DNA of 64,000 nucleotides, taken from NCBI GenBank assembly GCA_965197905.1, contig CBDAOB010000005.1:960001-1024000 (forward strand), written 5' to 3'. This document shows positions 30,191 to 40,299 of the stretch, piece by piece (the first letter of the stretch is position 1; every line of letters begins with the position of its first letter). The position numbers and the translations under genes are program-made. Below the pieces are notes generated by a model, which was given only the letters and a program-made list of their open reading frames with translations, had not been told where the DNA came from and ran no database searches. This DNA comes from Candidatus Latescibacterota bacterium. Its GTDB lineage: Bacteria; Latescibacterota; UBA2968; UBA8231.

Positions 30191-30430
30191 CTACAGCTCG
30201 AACGAATACTTCCTCACCACATCCTCATCTCCGGTAACTCCCACTCCAGGCACGTCGCGTACTCAAGATAGCTACTCTCCTGCACCCACGGATCGCTGAC
30301 CGGCCGTGCTGCATCGGTGACTCGCGCGGCTTGAAATCCATACACCAGCCGGCCGGCGACGCCGCAGCAAATGAACACTCGCTGCCGAGTTCAGCGCACT
30401 GGGTGTGGGTCTGTGCTGGCACATCCCATG
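30191..30430 (-). pseudogene. Degraded duplicate of the 3' end of the enolase-superfamily gene 33089-34219
   Basis: CTACAGCTCgAACGAATACTTCCTCACCACATCCTC matches from 33089; encodes SPAGWCMDFKPRESPMQH with indels. Confidence 0.85.
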
Positions 30431-30581
30431 CACCTCAAAGGATACGCATGGGCATGCAGGTCGCGGTGTGTGATCGCGTCGACACGAAGTGGCTTCCGAA
30501 GTCGACTCTTGCAGCCGGTACAAAGAAAGCTGACTTCTGAGCTTCTCGTCGCAATGATGTACTGTTCGCGAGGTAGGGGAT

Positions 30582-32156
30582 ATGGCAGAAGACAAGAAGT
30601 TCGAGAGAATCGGTCTGGCTCTGTCTGGTGGCGGTTACCGCGCGGCGGCCTTTCATCTGGGAACCCTCGGTTATCTCAATCGAGTCGGCCTTCTGGACAG
30701 AGTGAACGCCATATCTACCGTCTCAGGAGGGACCTTCACCGGAGAGCGATTCGTGCTCTCACAAGCCGAAGGGATCGCATTCGAAGATTTTTACAAGGCG
30801 TTCTACAGCGACCTGGCAAACATCGATCTCGTGAAGTTGGCGATGAAGAACCTCGGCAAGGGCGTGTCGAAGGCCCCTTCCAAACGGAAGGGCCTGATCA
30901 TCGCCATTGCTCAGGTGTATGCTGAAACCTTCATGCGCAAGGGAAACGAGGACACCTATCTGCTTGGTGATGTGCTCGGAGCCGAGGATATCGCTGTCAA
31001 AGAGGCGGCCTTCAATGCCACCGATTTCAGAAGTGGATCGACTTTTCGTTTCCAGAAAACGGAATCAGGGTTGATCGCCAATTTCTATGTCGATCTTCCC
31101 GAAGATGAAGTCGGTAAGATCCGGCTGGCGGATGTCATGGCAGCACCTTCCTGCTTCCCTGGCGGATTCGAGCCGCTTGAGTCCCCAGACGATTTCGTAT
31201 GGTCCAATGGAAGGGTTCCCGAAGGAATCAGGAAGGCGGTTGACGAACCGGAAGAAGGGAGGATTGCACTGAAAAGGGGGACGATCGCTCTGATGGATGG
31301 TGGCGTCTACGACAATCAGGGGGTGGAAAGCTTGCTGCTGGCAGATGAACGCGAAAAGATGAAACTGGATCTCTTCGTTATTTCCGACACAGATCAACTG
31401 AAGAGCACGCACTACGAGCGGCCTGCGCAACACGGTTAATTCAAACTTGGAACGGCGCGATGGTTGGTTTCACTGCTCACGTGGGGGGGATTGTTTCCGC
31501 ACTAATGCTCGGTGCTCGTCTGGTCGCCGGCTATATGAACGAGACCCTTGGGCTCTTCGATTGGCTGATGGCCGCACCGATTCTGGTCACCGTCGCTACC
31601 GTGTATTTCCTGTTCGTGGGGCATAGCAGGATCGTTGGTGCGGTATCGATCAGTTCGCCGACCTGGTGATTCTGCGCGGCACGTCGTTGGTGTCGATGGC
31701 CACAAACGTCTTCATGTATCGCATACGTTCCCTCTATCGGCTCATCTACAAAATGACCAATACGAGGGAGAACGCGTATCGAACCTAATCTATCACCTGA
31801 CATCGAATTATAGACGGGACAAGTATGAGCTTGTCCAAGCTCCTTCCACGCGGTTGCAAGCTGTAGCCGATGAAGCGGCTTCCATGAGGACGATCTTGTG
31901 GTTTGAGAAGGAAAAGCCCGGCCAACAACGAAAGGTAGTAGTGGCGGGTCAGGCGACTATCTGCTACAACCTTATGAAATACATTCTTATGAAATACATT
32001 GAGCGGAACTGAGGGGAAGAGCCAGAAAAATATACCGACGAGGTCAAAGAACTGTGGAACCGGCTAGAGTCAGACTGGGAGGAGCTTCAGAAAGAACCTT
32101 TGGCTTTCATTGACGCGAAACGTTTGGTGCCGCCCGCTGATGATTTTAAGGAATAG
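30582..32156 (+). pseudogene. Patatin-like phospholipase with TM segments, disrupted in its C-terminal half
   Basis: LSGGGYRAAAFHLG, STVSGG, SCFPGGF, DGGVYDNQG; stop at 31439, fragments 31460-31669 and 31635-32012, in-frame TGA at 32010, final TAG at 32156. Confidence 0.8.
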
Positions 32157-32174
32157 GCGCCCACGCAACAGCTG

Positions 32175-32483
32175 TCAGACTTCCCATTTTGCGTATCCAT
32201 CGATCGTTTGCGATGTGCCATCTTTCATCTGCAGGATTGCGCGTATGTCGAAATACCCATACGTCCAAATTACTAGCCGGAAGTTCCGACGTTGATCGTG
32301 CGCATATCTCACCCGGTCACGGAATGTCGGATGAAGCTCGTATTGGACAGACACCACACTTTTTAAGTCGTCAGGAGTTGACGCTTCTACTGTAATCCAA
32401 ACCTTGTAGTGCTCACGACCACCAGTCCGGAAAACCTTCTTGCTCCCGTCGGGTGCGCGTTGAGATCTTATCTCGAAGGGCAT
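32175..32483 (-). CDS. Prokaryotic YEATS (pYEATS) domain protein
   Basis: YKVWITVEA...VVSVQYELHPTF.D..R.....NFRLVIWTYGYFDIRA, the YEATS-like LHPTF/WG pattern. Confidence 0.8.
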   Translation of the reverse strand: MPFEIRSQRAPDGSKKVFRTGGREHYKVWITVEASTPDDLKSVVSVQYELHPTFRDRVRYAHDQRRNFRLVIWTYGYFDIRAILQMKDGTSQTIDGYAKWEV

Positions 32484-32492
32484 GATTGTTAT

Positions 32493-32900
32493 TCAGCTTT
32501 GGGTTGGAATTTCGATGTCGTCCGCCTCTTCGTCCAGGGTCGGAGATGTGTCTTTTTCGAGTTCTTCAATTAGCTTCTTCTGTTTTTCCACCTCTTTTTG
32601 GGCAGACTCCGATTCCCGAACCGTCTTTTGCAACCTACTTTCAAGTTCCTGGACTCCCTGATTGCCGAAGTAGTATCCGATTATCGTGGTCAAACCGCCA
32701 CCAAGAAGCAGAAAGCCGCTCTTGAACAAATCGAGCCAACTGTTCGTCGGATCTTCGCTGAAGATTGCAGCAGCACCTACGCCTGCTAGCAATGTGACGA
32801 ATGACCCAAGAAGGCTCAGCGCGATGAGTTTGGTCGTCCGCGCAACAGGACCCTCAAGTGTCCGGGGTTTGTCGGCGCCGTTTCCAGTGGCTTCTTCCAT
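32493..32900 (-). CDS. Two-TM membrane protein with coiled-coil tail
   Basis: Hydrophobic LIALSLLGSFVTLLAGVGAAAIF and FLLLGGGLTTIIGYYFG; charged heptad tail; GAGG RBS before ATG 32900; 9 bp from pYEATS. Confidence 0.75.
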   Translation of the reverse strand: MEEATGNGADKPRTLEGPVARTTKLIALSLLGSFVTLLAGVGAAAIFSEDPTNSWLDLFKSGFLLLGGGLTTIIGYYFGNQGVQELESRLQKTVRESESAQKEVEKQKKLIEELEKDTSPTLDEEADDIEIPTQS

Positions 32901-33088
32901 GCGATTTGTTTGCCTCTTTAACATATCTTCATTAAAGTGGCAGGCAGGAGCCATCAAGGACTCCACACATCGTGGGACTAAAGAGTATATTACTCGCAGG
33001 TCAATTTCACGCAAGAATAACGAGCGAACAAGGCTCGAGGGACAGTGCATCCACTTTCAACATGGTCCGAAATAACCATTAGTTTCAA

Positions 33089-34219
33089 CTACAGCTCAAA
33101 CGAATACTTCCTCACCACATCCTCTTTAACTCCTACTCCCAACCCGGGCACGTCGCGCACCTCGAGATAACCACTTTCCTGCACCCAGGGCTCGCTCACC
33201 AGCTCATGCTGCATCGGCGATGCGTGCGGTTTGAAGTCCATGCACCAGCCGGCCGGCGACGACGCCAGCAAATGCACACTGGCCGCCGTGTTCAACGCGC
33301 TCGACCAGGTGTGCGCGGTGAACTTCAAGTATGCCGCCTCCACCAGCTTGATCGTCTTCACACAACCGGTAATCCCCTGGCACCGGCCCGGGTCCATCTG
33401 CACCACGTCGACGCCACCTGCTTCGAGCAACCGCCGGTAACCATCTACGTTCCACTCCTGCTCGCCGGTGCCGACGCGCGTGCGGATGCGCTCGCGCAAG
33501 AGCACGTGGGCCTGGTAATCCTGGGGTGGCAATGGCTCCTCAATCCATAACAACAGGTACGGTTCCAGCTTCTCCAGGCGGTCGATGGCTGTTCGCAGAT
33601 CCCACCGCACCCGGGCGCCGAGAACGTCGAGCACCAGGTCGCACTCCTCGCCGATCACCTCCCGGATTCGTCGAACCAGTTCCAGATCCCGCTTCTCGTC
33701 GGTGCCGAATACCGACTCCGGGCGCGTACCCCAGCCGCCCTTCACGATCTGGTATCCCTGCTCGGTCATCCACTTGAACTCGTTCACAGTCCAATCGAGA
33801 TCGTCCATGTCCAGGTGGATCGAGCCCATGGCGATTACTCTGTCCGTTAGCCGGCCACCGATAAGGTTGCACACCGGCAAACCCAGAGCCTTGCCCTTGA
33901 GATCCCAGAGCGCCATGTCGATGGCGCTGACGGCGAACGCGGCAATCCCCTGTGGACCGTACCACCAGATGCGGTCGAGCATAAGGTGCCAGCAGGCTTC
34001 CACCTCGAATGCGTTCTCGCCCACTAGCAACGGTGCGAATCCGTGTTCGATCACGATCTTGGTGGCATGGCAGGAGTCGGGGAACTGGCTGATGCATTCC
34101 CCCCAGCCGACGGTGCCATCCTCGCTTTCGACCCGCGCCAGCGTGATATGGCGAAGTGCTCCGTGATCGTGAGGCTCGGGATAGCGAAGGGGGTGGGCCG
34201 TCATGGACTTGATCTTCAT
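33089..34219 (-). CDS. Mandelate racemase/muconate lactonizing enzyme family protein
   Basis: VGWGEC, SAIDMALWDLKGK, WIEEPL, GTGEQE, QMDPGRCQG; ATGA overlap with the upstream gene. Confidence 0.9.
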   Translation of the reverse strand: MKIKSMTAHPLRYPEPHDHGALRHITLARVESEDGTVGWGECISQFPDSCHATKIVIEHGFAPLLVGENAFEVEACWHLMLDRIWWYGPQGIAAFAVSAIDMALWDLKGKALGLPVCNLIGGRLTDRVIAMGSIHLDMDDLDWTVNEFKWMTEQGYQIVKGGWGTRPESVFGTDEKRDLELVRRIREVIGEECDLVLDVLGARVRWDLRTAIDRLEKLEPYLLLWIEEPLPPQDYQAHVLLRERIRTRVGTGEQEWNVDGYRRLLEAGGVDVVQMDPGRCQGITGCVKTIKLVEAAYLKFTAHTWSSALNTAASVHLLASSPAGWCMDFKPHASPMQHELVSEPWVQESGYLEVRDVPGLGVGVKEDVVRKYSFEL

Positions 34220-35067
34220 CGCTTCGCTGCCCACGCTTTGGCGATCAGGTCTCGAAGCATGACCGTCTCGGAGAGATTGTCCACGTCAGGCACGATCTCG
34301 TTATCCATGCGCACGTACTCCAGGCCGATGTACCCAGGGTAGTTCTCGCGTTTCATCGCTCGCACCACACGGCGGTAATCGATGGTGTTGTTCTTTAGGG
34401 TGGTCTGCAGGAAGCCTTTGCAGGCGGCGCGTGCGTGAAAATGACCGGCGTGTTTGACCAGCGGTTCGATCTTGCTGTCCGGCATCCCCTGGGTCGTGTA
34501 GTGACCATAGTCCAGGGTGAGGGTCAGACCAGGGGTCATCTCCACGAGCTGCGCGGCCAGCTTTGGGGTCGGTGCCACGGACCACATATGCGCCTCCACG
34601 GAAAACACAACCTTGGCATCGTTGGCTTGCTCTACGCACCACGCAAGCGTCTCGCTGGAGCGTTTCAGGGAATCACTCCTGGGTTCAGATTCAAAGTGCT
34701 GGCCGGGGAGTGAGGTCATGTGAGGCGCATCGCAGCGAACAATGAAGTCCAGGGTGCGTTTGAAGAGGTCGCGAAAGCGACGGCGCACACTGGCATCGGG
34801 CGCGTTCGGTGCCTGCTTGAATACGTCTTGTGAGGGGATCAGGAAAATGTCAGCAAACTTCAGTCCCCGGTCCTTGAGCTTCTTGGACAACCGGCGTGCA
34901 GAAGCCCCGGTGTTTGGAAAGATATCTTTCGGTTGCAGGTGTGAGCGGCCGGCAAAGATGCCGATGTCGACCCCCCTGATACCGAGCATTGCGATCAGAT
35001 CAAGTGCTTCGTCGTGGGATAGGAGGGGAAAGGTGAAGTCGGCACATGCAATTTTAGGTTTTTTCAT
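34216..35067 (-). CDS. Sugar phosphate isomerase/epimerase (xylose isomerase-like TIM barrel)
   Basis: VEAH, LTLDYGHY, HFHAR, YPGYIGLEY metal-ligand pattern. Confidence 0.85.
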   Translation of the reverse strand: MKKPKIACADFTFPLLSHDEALDLIAMLGIRGVDIGIFAGRSHLQPKDIFPNTGASARRLSKKLKDRGLKFADIFLIPSQDVFKQAPNAPDASVRRRFRDLFKRTLDFIVRCDAPHMTSLPGQHFESEPRSDSLKRSSETLAWCVEQANDAKVVFSVEAHMWSVAPTPKLAAQLVEMTPGLTLTLDYGHYTTQGMPDSKIEPLVKHAGHFHARAACKGFLQTTLKNNTIDYRRVVRAMKRENYPGYIGLEYVRMDNEIVPDVDNLSETVMLRDLIAKAWAAKR

Positions 35068-35116
35068 GAGAGCCTCGTTGGATTTGGCGGCCAGTCTGAC
35101 CTTTTCGATGCACCTC

Positions 35117-35914
35117 TTATGGATTACCCAGCTTAAAGCCGCCGTCGATCTCGATCACCTGGCCGGTGATATACCCAGCCTCGTCCGAAAGCAGGAAGGC
35201 GACAAGGGCGGCCATTTCCTCGGGTTGCGCGATGCGATGCATGGGGATGGCATCGACCATCTTCCGGGTCAGCTCACCGGGTTTTAAGCCAAGATGGGCT
35301 CCGCGATTCAGGTCTACGTCCCGCCACATGGGGGTGTCGACGATGCCGGGGCTTACGGCGTTGACGCGAATATTCACCGGGGCGTACTCCAGGGCGAGGG
35401 TGCGCGTCATATGGTCGACGCCAAGCTTGCTGACACCATAATCCACGTTGTTGGGTCGGGCGCCATGGGCTGAGGTCGAGGACAGGTTTACAATGCTGCC
35501 GCCCCGCCCCGCCGATTTCGCAGCTTCTGCCACCTCCCGGTCAAGAAAGAAGCTCGCGGTCAGGTTCAGAGACAGGATCTGCTGCCACTCCTGCCGTTTT
35601 ACCTCGGCAATACTGCGTATGCGAATCATTCCGGCGGCAGGCACACACCCATCGATGCGTCCGAACTCCGACTGTGCCAGCGCGACGGCGCGGGCAGGGT
35701 GCTCCTCGTCGGTGACGTCGCCGGGCAGCAGGGCACAATGGCCACCTGTCTCCTCGATGGAGCTTGCCGTACCCCGAAGGCCGTCCTCGTTCAGGTCTGC
35801 CAATACAACGCAGCCTCCTTCCGCTGCGACGCGCACGGCGATCGCCTGTCCGATGCCGCTGGCAGCGCCGGTGACGATGTAGGCTCTGCCGTCCAGGCGT
35901 CTGGTCTCGTTCAT
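35117..35914 (-). CDS. SDR family oxidoreductase
   Basis: TGAASGIG, NLSS, YGVSK, IRVNAVSPG, ITGQVIEIDGG. Confidence 0.93.
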   Translation of the reverse strand: MNETRRLDGRAYIVTGAASGIGQAIAVRVAAEGGCVVLADLNEDGLRGTASSIEETGGHCALLPGDVTDEEHPARAVALAQSEFGRIDGCVPAAGMIRIRSIAEVKRQEWQQILSLNLTASFFLDREVAEAAKSAGRGGSIVNLSSTSAHGARPNNVDYGVSKLGVDHMTRTLALEYAPVNIRVNAVSPGIVDTPMWRDVDLNRGAHLGLKPGELTRKMVDAIPMHRIAQPEEMAALVAFLLSDEAGYITGQVIEIDGGFKLGNP

Positions 35915-35918
35915 TATA

Positions 35919-37409
35919 TTAGGCTGCCTTCCATACGGTTTCTCGATCGAGCGGATAGATCGGCCTTGGGATGGAGCGGTAGTTCAACCGGTCCAGATAC
36001 GATGGACTGGGGCCGGGACATTCGCACGCCAACGACTCAGTCATGATGTCAGCGAAGACCTTCATGTGGCCGACAGTGCACTTCAACACCACGATCTGGG
36101 CGTCACTCGGCTCCAGTCCGATCTGCCTGAACACTTCCGGATCGTGTCCAGGCCCGGGGCACTCGCTGACAACGATATGGATCGACCCGACACGGAGAAG
36201 CGCACATCGCCCCATGTCGGCTTGCTGAGCGCAGTGGCTGCCGACATCGAAGCGGCCATCGCTGAAACCTTCGACGTGCGCTCGAAGTCGTACCGGTTGA
36301 TGGTATTGGCGGGATCGTTTGGCGCCCAGCTCCAGGTCGATCTCACTCCCCACCGGGACGTCCAGCGCTCGTTTCACCGCCTCCTCGTCTACCATAGTCA
36401 GGTAGGCTGGACAAGTGATCCTCTGGGCCAACATCTCTTTCAGCAAACAAGTGCTGTCGCCGGGGGAACCACCGTTGGTGGCGTCGGCTCCGTCGGCGAT
36501 GACCACCGGTCCACTCGGCGCGGTGGCGGCATGGCGTACTGCATCGGCGGGTTCGTACTTCTCCACGTAGAACTCATTTCGATGATCCCAAGCGTGCTGC
36601 GCAAGATCGCGACACAGTTTTTCCGCTAATTGAGGCTGATCATCGGTGGTCACCACGACGGACCATCCGAGCTCCGGCACGTCGATCCAGGGCTGCACCG
36701 GGAAGAGCGAAACGTCGATTACGCCAGTCTGCTCTTCCATCCGTCTGGCCAGCCCAAACCAGGTGGACATCGGCCCCGCATCCGTCATGAATTGTTCGCA
36801 CGGAGTCACCAGAGGCAACTTTTGGTAAGCCATGATCGGATGAGCCTCTCGGCGGATCAAGCGCAACAGCAGGGCGGCCCCTCGCTTGCCGGTTTTGCGC
36901 ATGTCGATGTGGGGGCAGTGGCGATAGGCCGTAAGCGCATCGCATGCATCCACCATTTCGCGAGTGACATTGGCGTGGTGATCGAGGGTAAGAAGGAGAG
37001 GAATGTTAGGCCCGATCAGGCTTCGGATCGTTGCGGCGATTTTACCTTCTACATCTGCGGTATCTTCGGCGACCAGCGCGCCGTGCATAGAGAAGACCAC
37101 CCCATGCAGAACGGAGGCCTGCTGTAGTTGCTGGGTGAGTGCTGCGATCAGATCGTCGACGAACGCTGCTTCGGCAGGTCCGCCACACCAGCTGTTGGCA
37201 GCGAGCAACGGAACGATGTTGACCTTCTCGTACCCAAGGACGTCTCCAAAGCCGGCTAACTCATCATCTTCGTTCTCAATTCCGTCCAGCATTGCTGCGC
37301 CAGCTAGATATCGGTGGCGGCGAAAATCCGCCATCGTGGTGCGCGCTTGGGAAAAGGTGTTGGTCTCTTGCCAAACGCGACCGATCGCTATGTCCGGGCC
37401 ATCGCTCAT
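35919..37409 (-). CDS. M81 family metallopeptidase (MlrC-like)
   Basis: QETNTFS, SMHGA, LDHHAN, YRHCPHID, IADGADATNGGSPGD. Confidence 0.9.
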   Translation of the reverse strand: MSDGPDIAIGRVWQETNTFSQARTTMADFRRHRYLAGAAMLDGIENEDDELAGFGDVLGYEKVNIVPLLAANSWCGGPAEAAFVDDLIAALTQQLQQASVLHGVVFSMHGALVAEDTADVEGKIAATIRSLIGPNIPLLLTLDHHANVTREMVDACDALTAYRHCPHIDMRKTGKRGAALLLRLIRREAHPIMAYQKLPLVTPCEQFMTDAGPMSTWFGLARRMEEQTGVIDVSLFPVQPWIDVPELGWSVVVTTDDQPQLAEKLCRDLAQHAWDHRNEFYVEKYEPADAVRHAATAPSGPVVIADGADATNGGSPGDSTCLLKEMLAQRITCPAYLTMVDEEAVKRALDVPVGSEIDLELGAKRSRQYHQPVRLRAHVEGFSDGRFDVGSHCAQQADMGRCALLRVGSIHIVVSECPGPGHDPEVFRQIGLEPSDAQIVVLKCTVGHMKVFADIMTESLACECPGPSPSYLDRLNYRSIPRPIYPLDRETVWKAA

Positions 37410-37426
37410 GGATCGGTTGCGTTCCT

Positions 37427-37888
37427 CTAGGCACTACTCGCCGGTTGCAGGAGTTCCAGCGCGATGCCGTCCGGTCCGTTGAAATAGATTCCCTTGGCGC
37501 CTTTGTTGATGCCCCAGGTGACTTCGTGGGGTGCCTCGGACTTGAATGCAACGCCCGCGGCGCGCAGACGATCAACCTCGGCATCGATGTCGGATACCGC
37601 GAAGCAGAGGTGCGCATTTCCTGGGCGATTGGTGGCCGTATCTACTGGTTCGCCGGCGGGTTGCAGATATTCGATTAGCTCGAGTAGGTGACCCCCGCTG
37701 GCGTCCTCGGGAAAGGCCAGAACAGCGATGTTCAGCTTGGCATCGGGATAGGCGATGATGCCCCGGATATAGTCGAAATCGTAAATCCCGCCGCCGACGC
37801 GCTGCAAGCCCATCAGCCCAGTGAAGAAACCCTCCGCCTTTTCCAGGTCGCTGACCGTGAAGCTGGTATGGTGGACTCCTTGAATCAT
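37427..37888 (-). CDS. VOC (glyoxalase) family protein
   Basis: HHTSFTVSDLE, LELIEY, HLCFAVSDID, GPDGIALELLQ. Confidence 0.9.
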   Translation of the reverse strand: MIQGVHHTSFTVSDLEKAEGFFTGLMGLQRVGGGIYDFDYIRGIIAYPDAKLNIAVLAFPEDASGGHLLELIEYLQPAGEPVDTATNRPGNAHLCFAVSDIDAEVDRLRAAGVAFKSEAPHEVTWGINKGAKGIYFNGPDGIALELLQPASSA

Positions 37889-38010
37889 AACCCTCGATGT
37901 GATTTATTTGGATCTTGCCAGCGGATTCGATGACTGGCAAAAAACCATGCGCCTTTTAGCGGGGAAGTCAAGCCGACAGAGAGAATGGGCGCTAAAGCGA
38001 AACGAAATCA

Positions 38011-40260
38011 ATGTCCAGTTTGAAGCTCGAGCACAAGATCCTCGTCATCATCGTGATCGCACTGGTATGCGGCCTCGGTTTATCCGTCGTGATAACCATC
38101 GAGCGCGAATCGGCCAATCTGCGATCGCAGAAGATTCGCGAATCGCGGCTTTTTGCCGAGACCTTGATGGCCGGCTTCCGCAACGTCATGCTGGCGGGCA
38201 GGGCGGGATACGTGAAGCAGCTAGTTGCCGACGCGCGAAACCAGTTCACCGACGGCCATGTGCGGCTGTTCAACAACTCGGGTGAGGAGATCTTCAGCGA
38301 GCGGGGGCAGTTTCTGTCGAACAAGACCGATCAGCCTGAGGTGGCCGGAGCCCTGGCGTCGCACAAAACACAGACCTTCGGATCGGTCCGCGTCAGTCCG
38401 CTCTTCAACGAAGAGCGCTGCCAATCCTGCCACGGATCGAATCACGAGGTTCGTGGCGCCACCTGGCTATCTCTTCGCGCTGAGGAGGGGTCCCATTCCA
38501 TCGGCCTGATGGTAGGTCGGGTCCTGGCGGCGGCGTTTAAGCAGATCATGATTTCGGGCCAGGGAGAGCTTGCGGATTCTCTGCTGATGGATGTGGCATC
38601 GATTCCGGGGGTTCGCTTCGCTCAGGTATACGACAACACGGGAACCTTTCCTGCCTTTGGCGACCTGGATGACGAACTGGACGAGATCGCGCTAGAGCGT
38701 GCCGTCAGTCGTTTCGATGAGGACCCCCACGGACCGCCGCAATCTTCCGGCTCCTCAAGCCATGGGGAACTGTTCTTTCTGCCGTTGCCCAACGAGGAAC
38801 GCTGTTACGTATGTCATGGGGATGACCACCAACTGCGCGGCGTGCTCGCTTTGTCCTTCAGCGAGCAGGAACGAGCCGGGCCCCAATCTGCCGAAGAACA
38901 GCTCCCGGTTGTCCAGGAATCGTTCGACACCGGGTTCCGCAGCATGATGCTGGTGGAAAGCGGGAGCCATAGCGGCCAGTTCGTGCACGCAGTGCGGCAA
39001 CTTCCCTTCGTGGATGAAGCGAGGATCTTCACCGAGAACAAGAGCGAGCTGATCGAAGTCTACGTGCCCAACGAAAACCGGATGCCGGTCCCCCAAAGCG
39101 TTTTGGACAGCATTCAAACAGTGATCCGGGCTGTCAACGTGGGCCATCAAACCAACGACATCGAGCCGGTTATCTTCACCGAGGATCGAAAGGGCGAGCC
39201 CTTTCTCGTGCAGCTCATTCCGATTGTCAATGATCAACGCTGCCAGGCTTGCCACCAGCCTCCTGAAGAGGGCAGCCCCGACTATGCCGCGAACAAAGAT
39301 CGGTGGAGGGTGCGAACGGTAGTGGAGGTAGCCAGTTCCATGGCCGCCATCCAGGACGAGATTGAGGGCAATCAGCGCATCGCAGTAGTCGTCGGACTGA
39401 TCACCTTGGTTTTCGTGTGGATTATCCTGCGGTTTTTCATGAAACGCTTCATAATCCGACCCATCGGTCTCATTGGCGGTGCCGCCGACCAGATCGGTGG
39501 TGGCAACCTGCGCGCCCGTGTCGACGTGGGCTCGGAAGACGAGCTGGGTAGTCTCGCAACGCAAATAAACGAGATGGCCACCGGTCTGCGGGAGCGTTTC
39601 GAGCTCACCAAGTTCGTATCCGGAGAGACCCTGGGAGCCGTCCAGGGGGCTGACGAAGGGGTGCAGCTGGGCGGCGAGCGCAAGGTGAGGACCCTTTTCT
39701 TTTCGGACATCCGCGGTTTTACAGCTTATTCGGAAGGTGTCGAGCCGGAGCAGGTCATCAGGATGCTTAACACCTATCTGCGGGCGCAAACGGAAATCGT
39801 CAATCGGTGGGGTGGCGACATCGACAAGTTTGTCGGCGACGAGCTGGTGGCCACCTTCGATGATGAGGGTGACCATGCGGAAGGCATGGTGGCGCGAGCC
39901 GCCGGCTGCGCCTACGAGATACAGCAGCGCATCGAGGAGTTGAACAAGGAATATCCCGATGCCGCGATCGGCGTCGGCATTGGGATCAACACGGGGCAGG
40001 TGGTGCTGGGTGCGATGGGAAGCGAGGCGCGCATGGATTACACGGTACTGGGTGACAACGTCAACGTCGCCGCACGCCTCTGCAGTGCCGCCGAGGCGCA
40101 TCAGATCATTATCTCCGAGGCCTCATACGACCAGATCAGGGATCGGTCTGATATACAGGTGCGTCCGCTTCCACCCCTTTCCGTGAAGAACAAGAGTGAG
40201 CCGCTCACCGTGTTCGAGATCGTCGGCGTCGAGATTCCACCCACGACGCCTGCGGAGTAG
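38011..40260 (+). CDS. Class III adenylate cyclase with HAMP and three periplasmic c-type heme (CxxCH) domains
   Basis: TM1; CQSCH, CYVCH, CQACH; TM2; HAMP (DELGSLA..INEM); FFSDIRGFT, DKFVGD, DYTVLGDNVNVAARL. Confidence 0.92.
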   Translation: MSSLKLEHKILVIIVIALVCGLGLSVVITIERESANLRSQKIRESRLFAETLMAGFRNVMLAGRAGYVKQLVADARNQFTDGHVRLFNNSGEEIFSERGQFLSNKTDQPEVAGALASHKTQTFGSVRVSPLFNEERCQSCHGSNHEVRGATWLSLRAEEGSHSIGLMVGRVLAAAFKQIMISGQGELADSLLMDVASIPGVRFAQVYDNTGTFPAFGDLDDELDEIALERAVSRFDEDPHGPPQSSGSSSHGELFFLPLPNEERCYVCHGDDHQLRGVLALSFSEQERAGPQSAEEQLPVVQESFDTGFRSMMLVESGSHSGQFVHAVRQLPFVDEARIFTENKSELIEVYVPNENRMPVPQSVLDSIQTVIRAVNVGHQTNDIEPVIFTEDRKGEPFLVQLIPIVNDQRCQACHQPPEEGSPDYAANKDRWRVRTVVEVASSMAAIQDEIEGNQRIAVVVGLITLVFVWIILRFFMKRFIIRPIGLIGGAADQIGGGNLRARVDVGSEDELGSLATQINEMATGLRERFELTKFVSGETLGAVQGADEGVQLGGERKVRTLFFSDIRGFTAYSEGVEPEQVIRMLNTYLRAQTEIVNRWGGDIDKFVGDELVATFDDEGDHAEGMVARAAGCAYEIQQRIEELNKEYPDAAIGVGIGINTGQVVLGAMGSEARMDYTVLGDNVNVAARLCSAAEAHQIIISEASYDQIRDRSDIQVRPLPPLSVKNKSEPLTVFEIVGVEIPPTTPAE

Positions 40261-40299
40261 CTTCCGGTCCCGCAACAACCCTGAACAAGGAGACGAATC

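Noticed and set aside
32010..32012. TGA as selenocysteine or Trp recoding in the patatin tail
   Set aside because: The gene has several other lesions, and TGA is used as a normal stop throughout the window.
38755..40101. 448-aa minus-strand ORF
   Set aside because: Antisense to the adenylate cyclase; typical reverse-frame composition.
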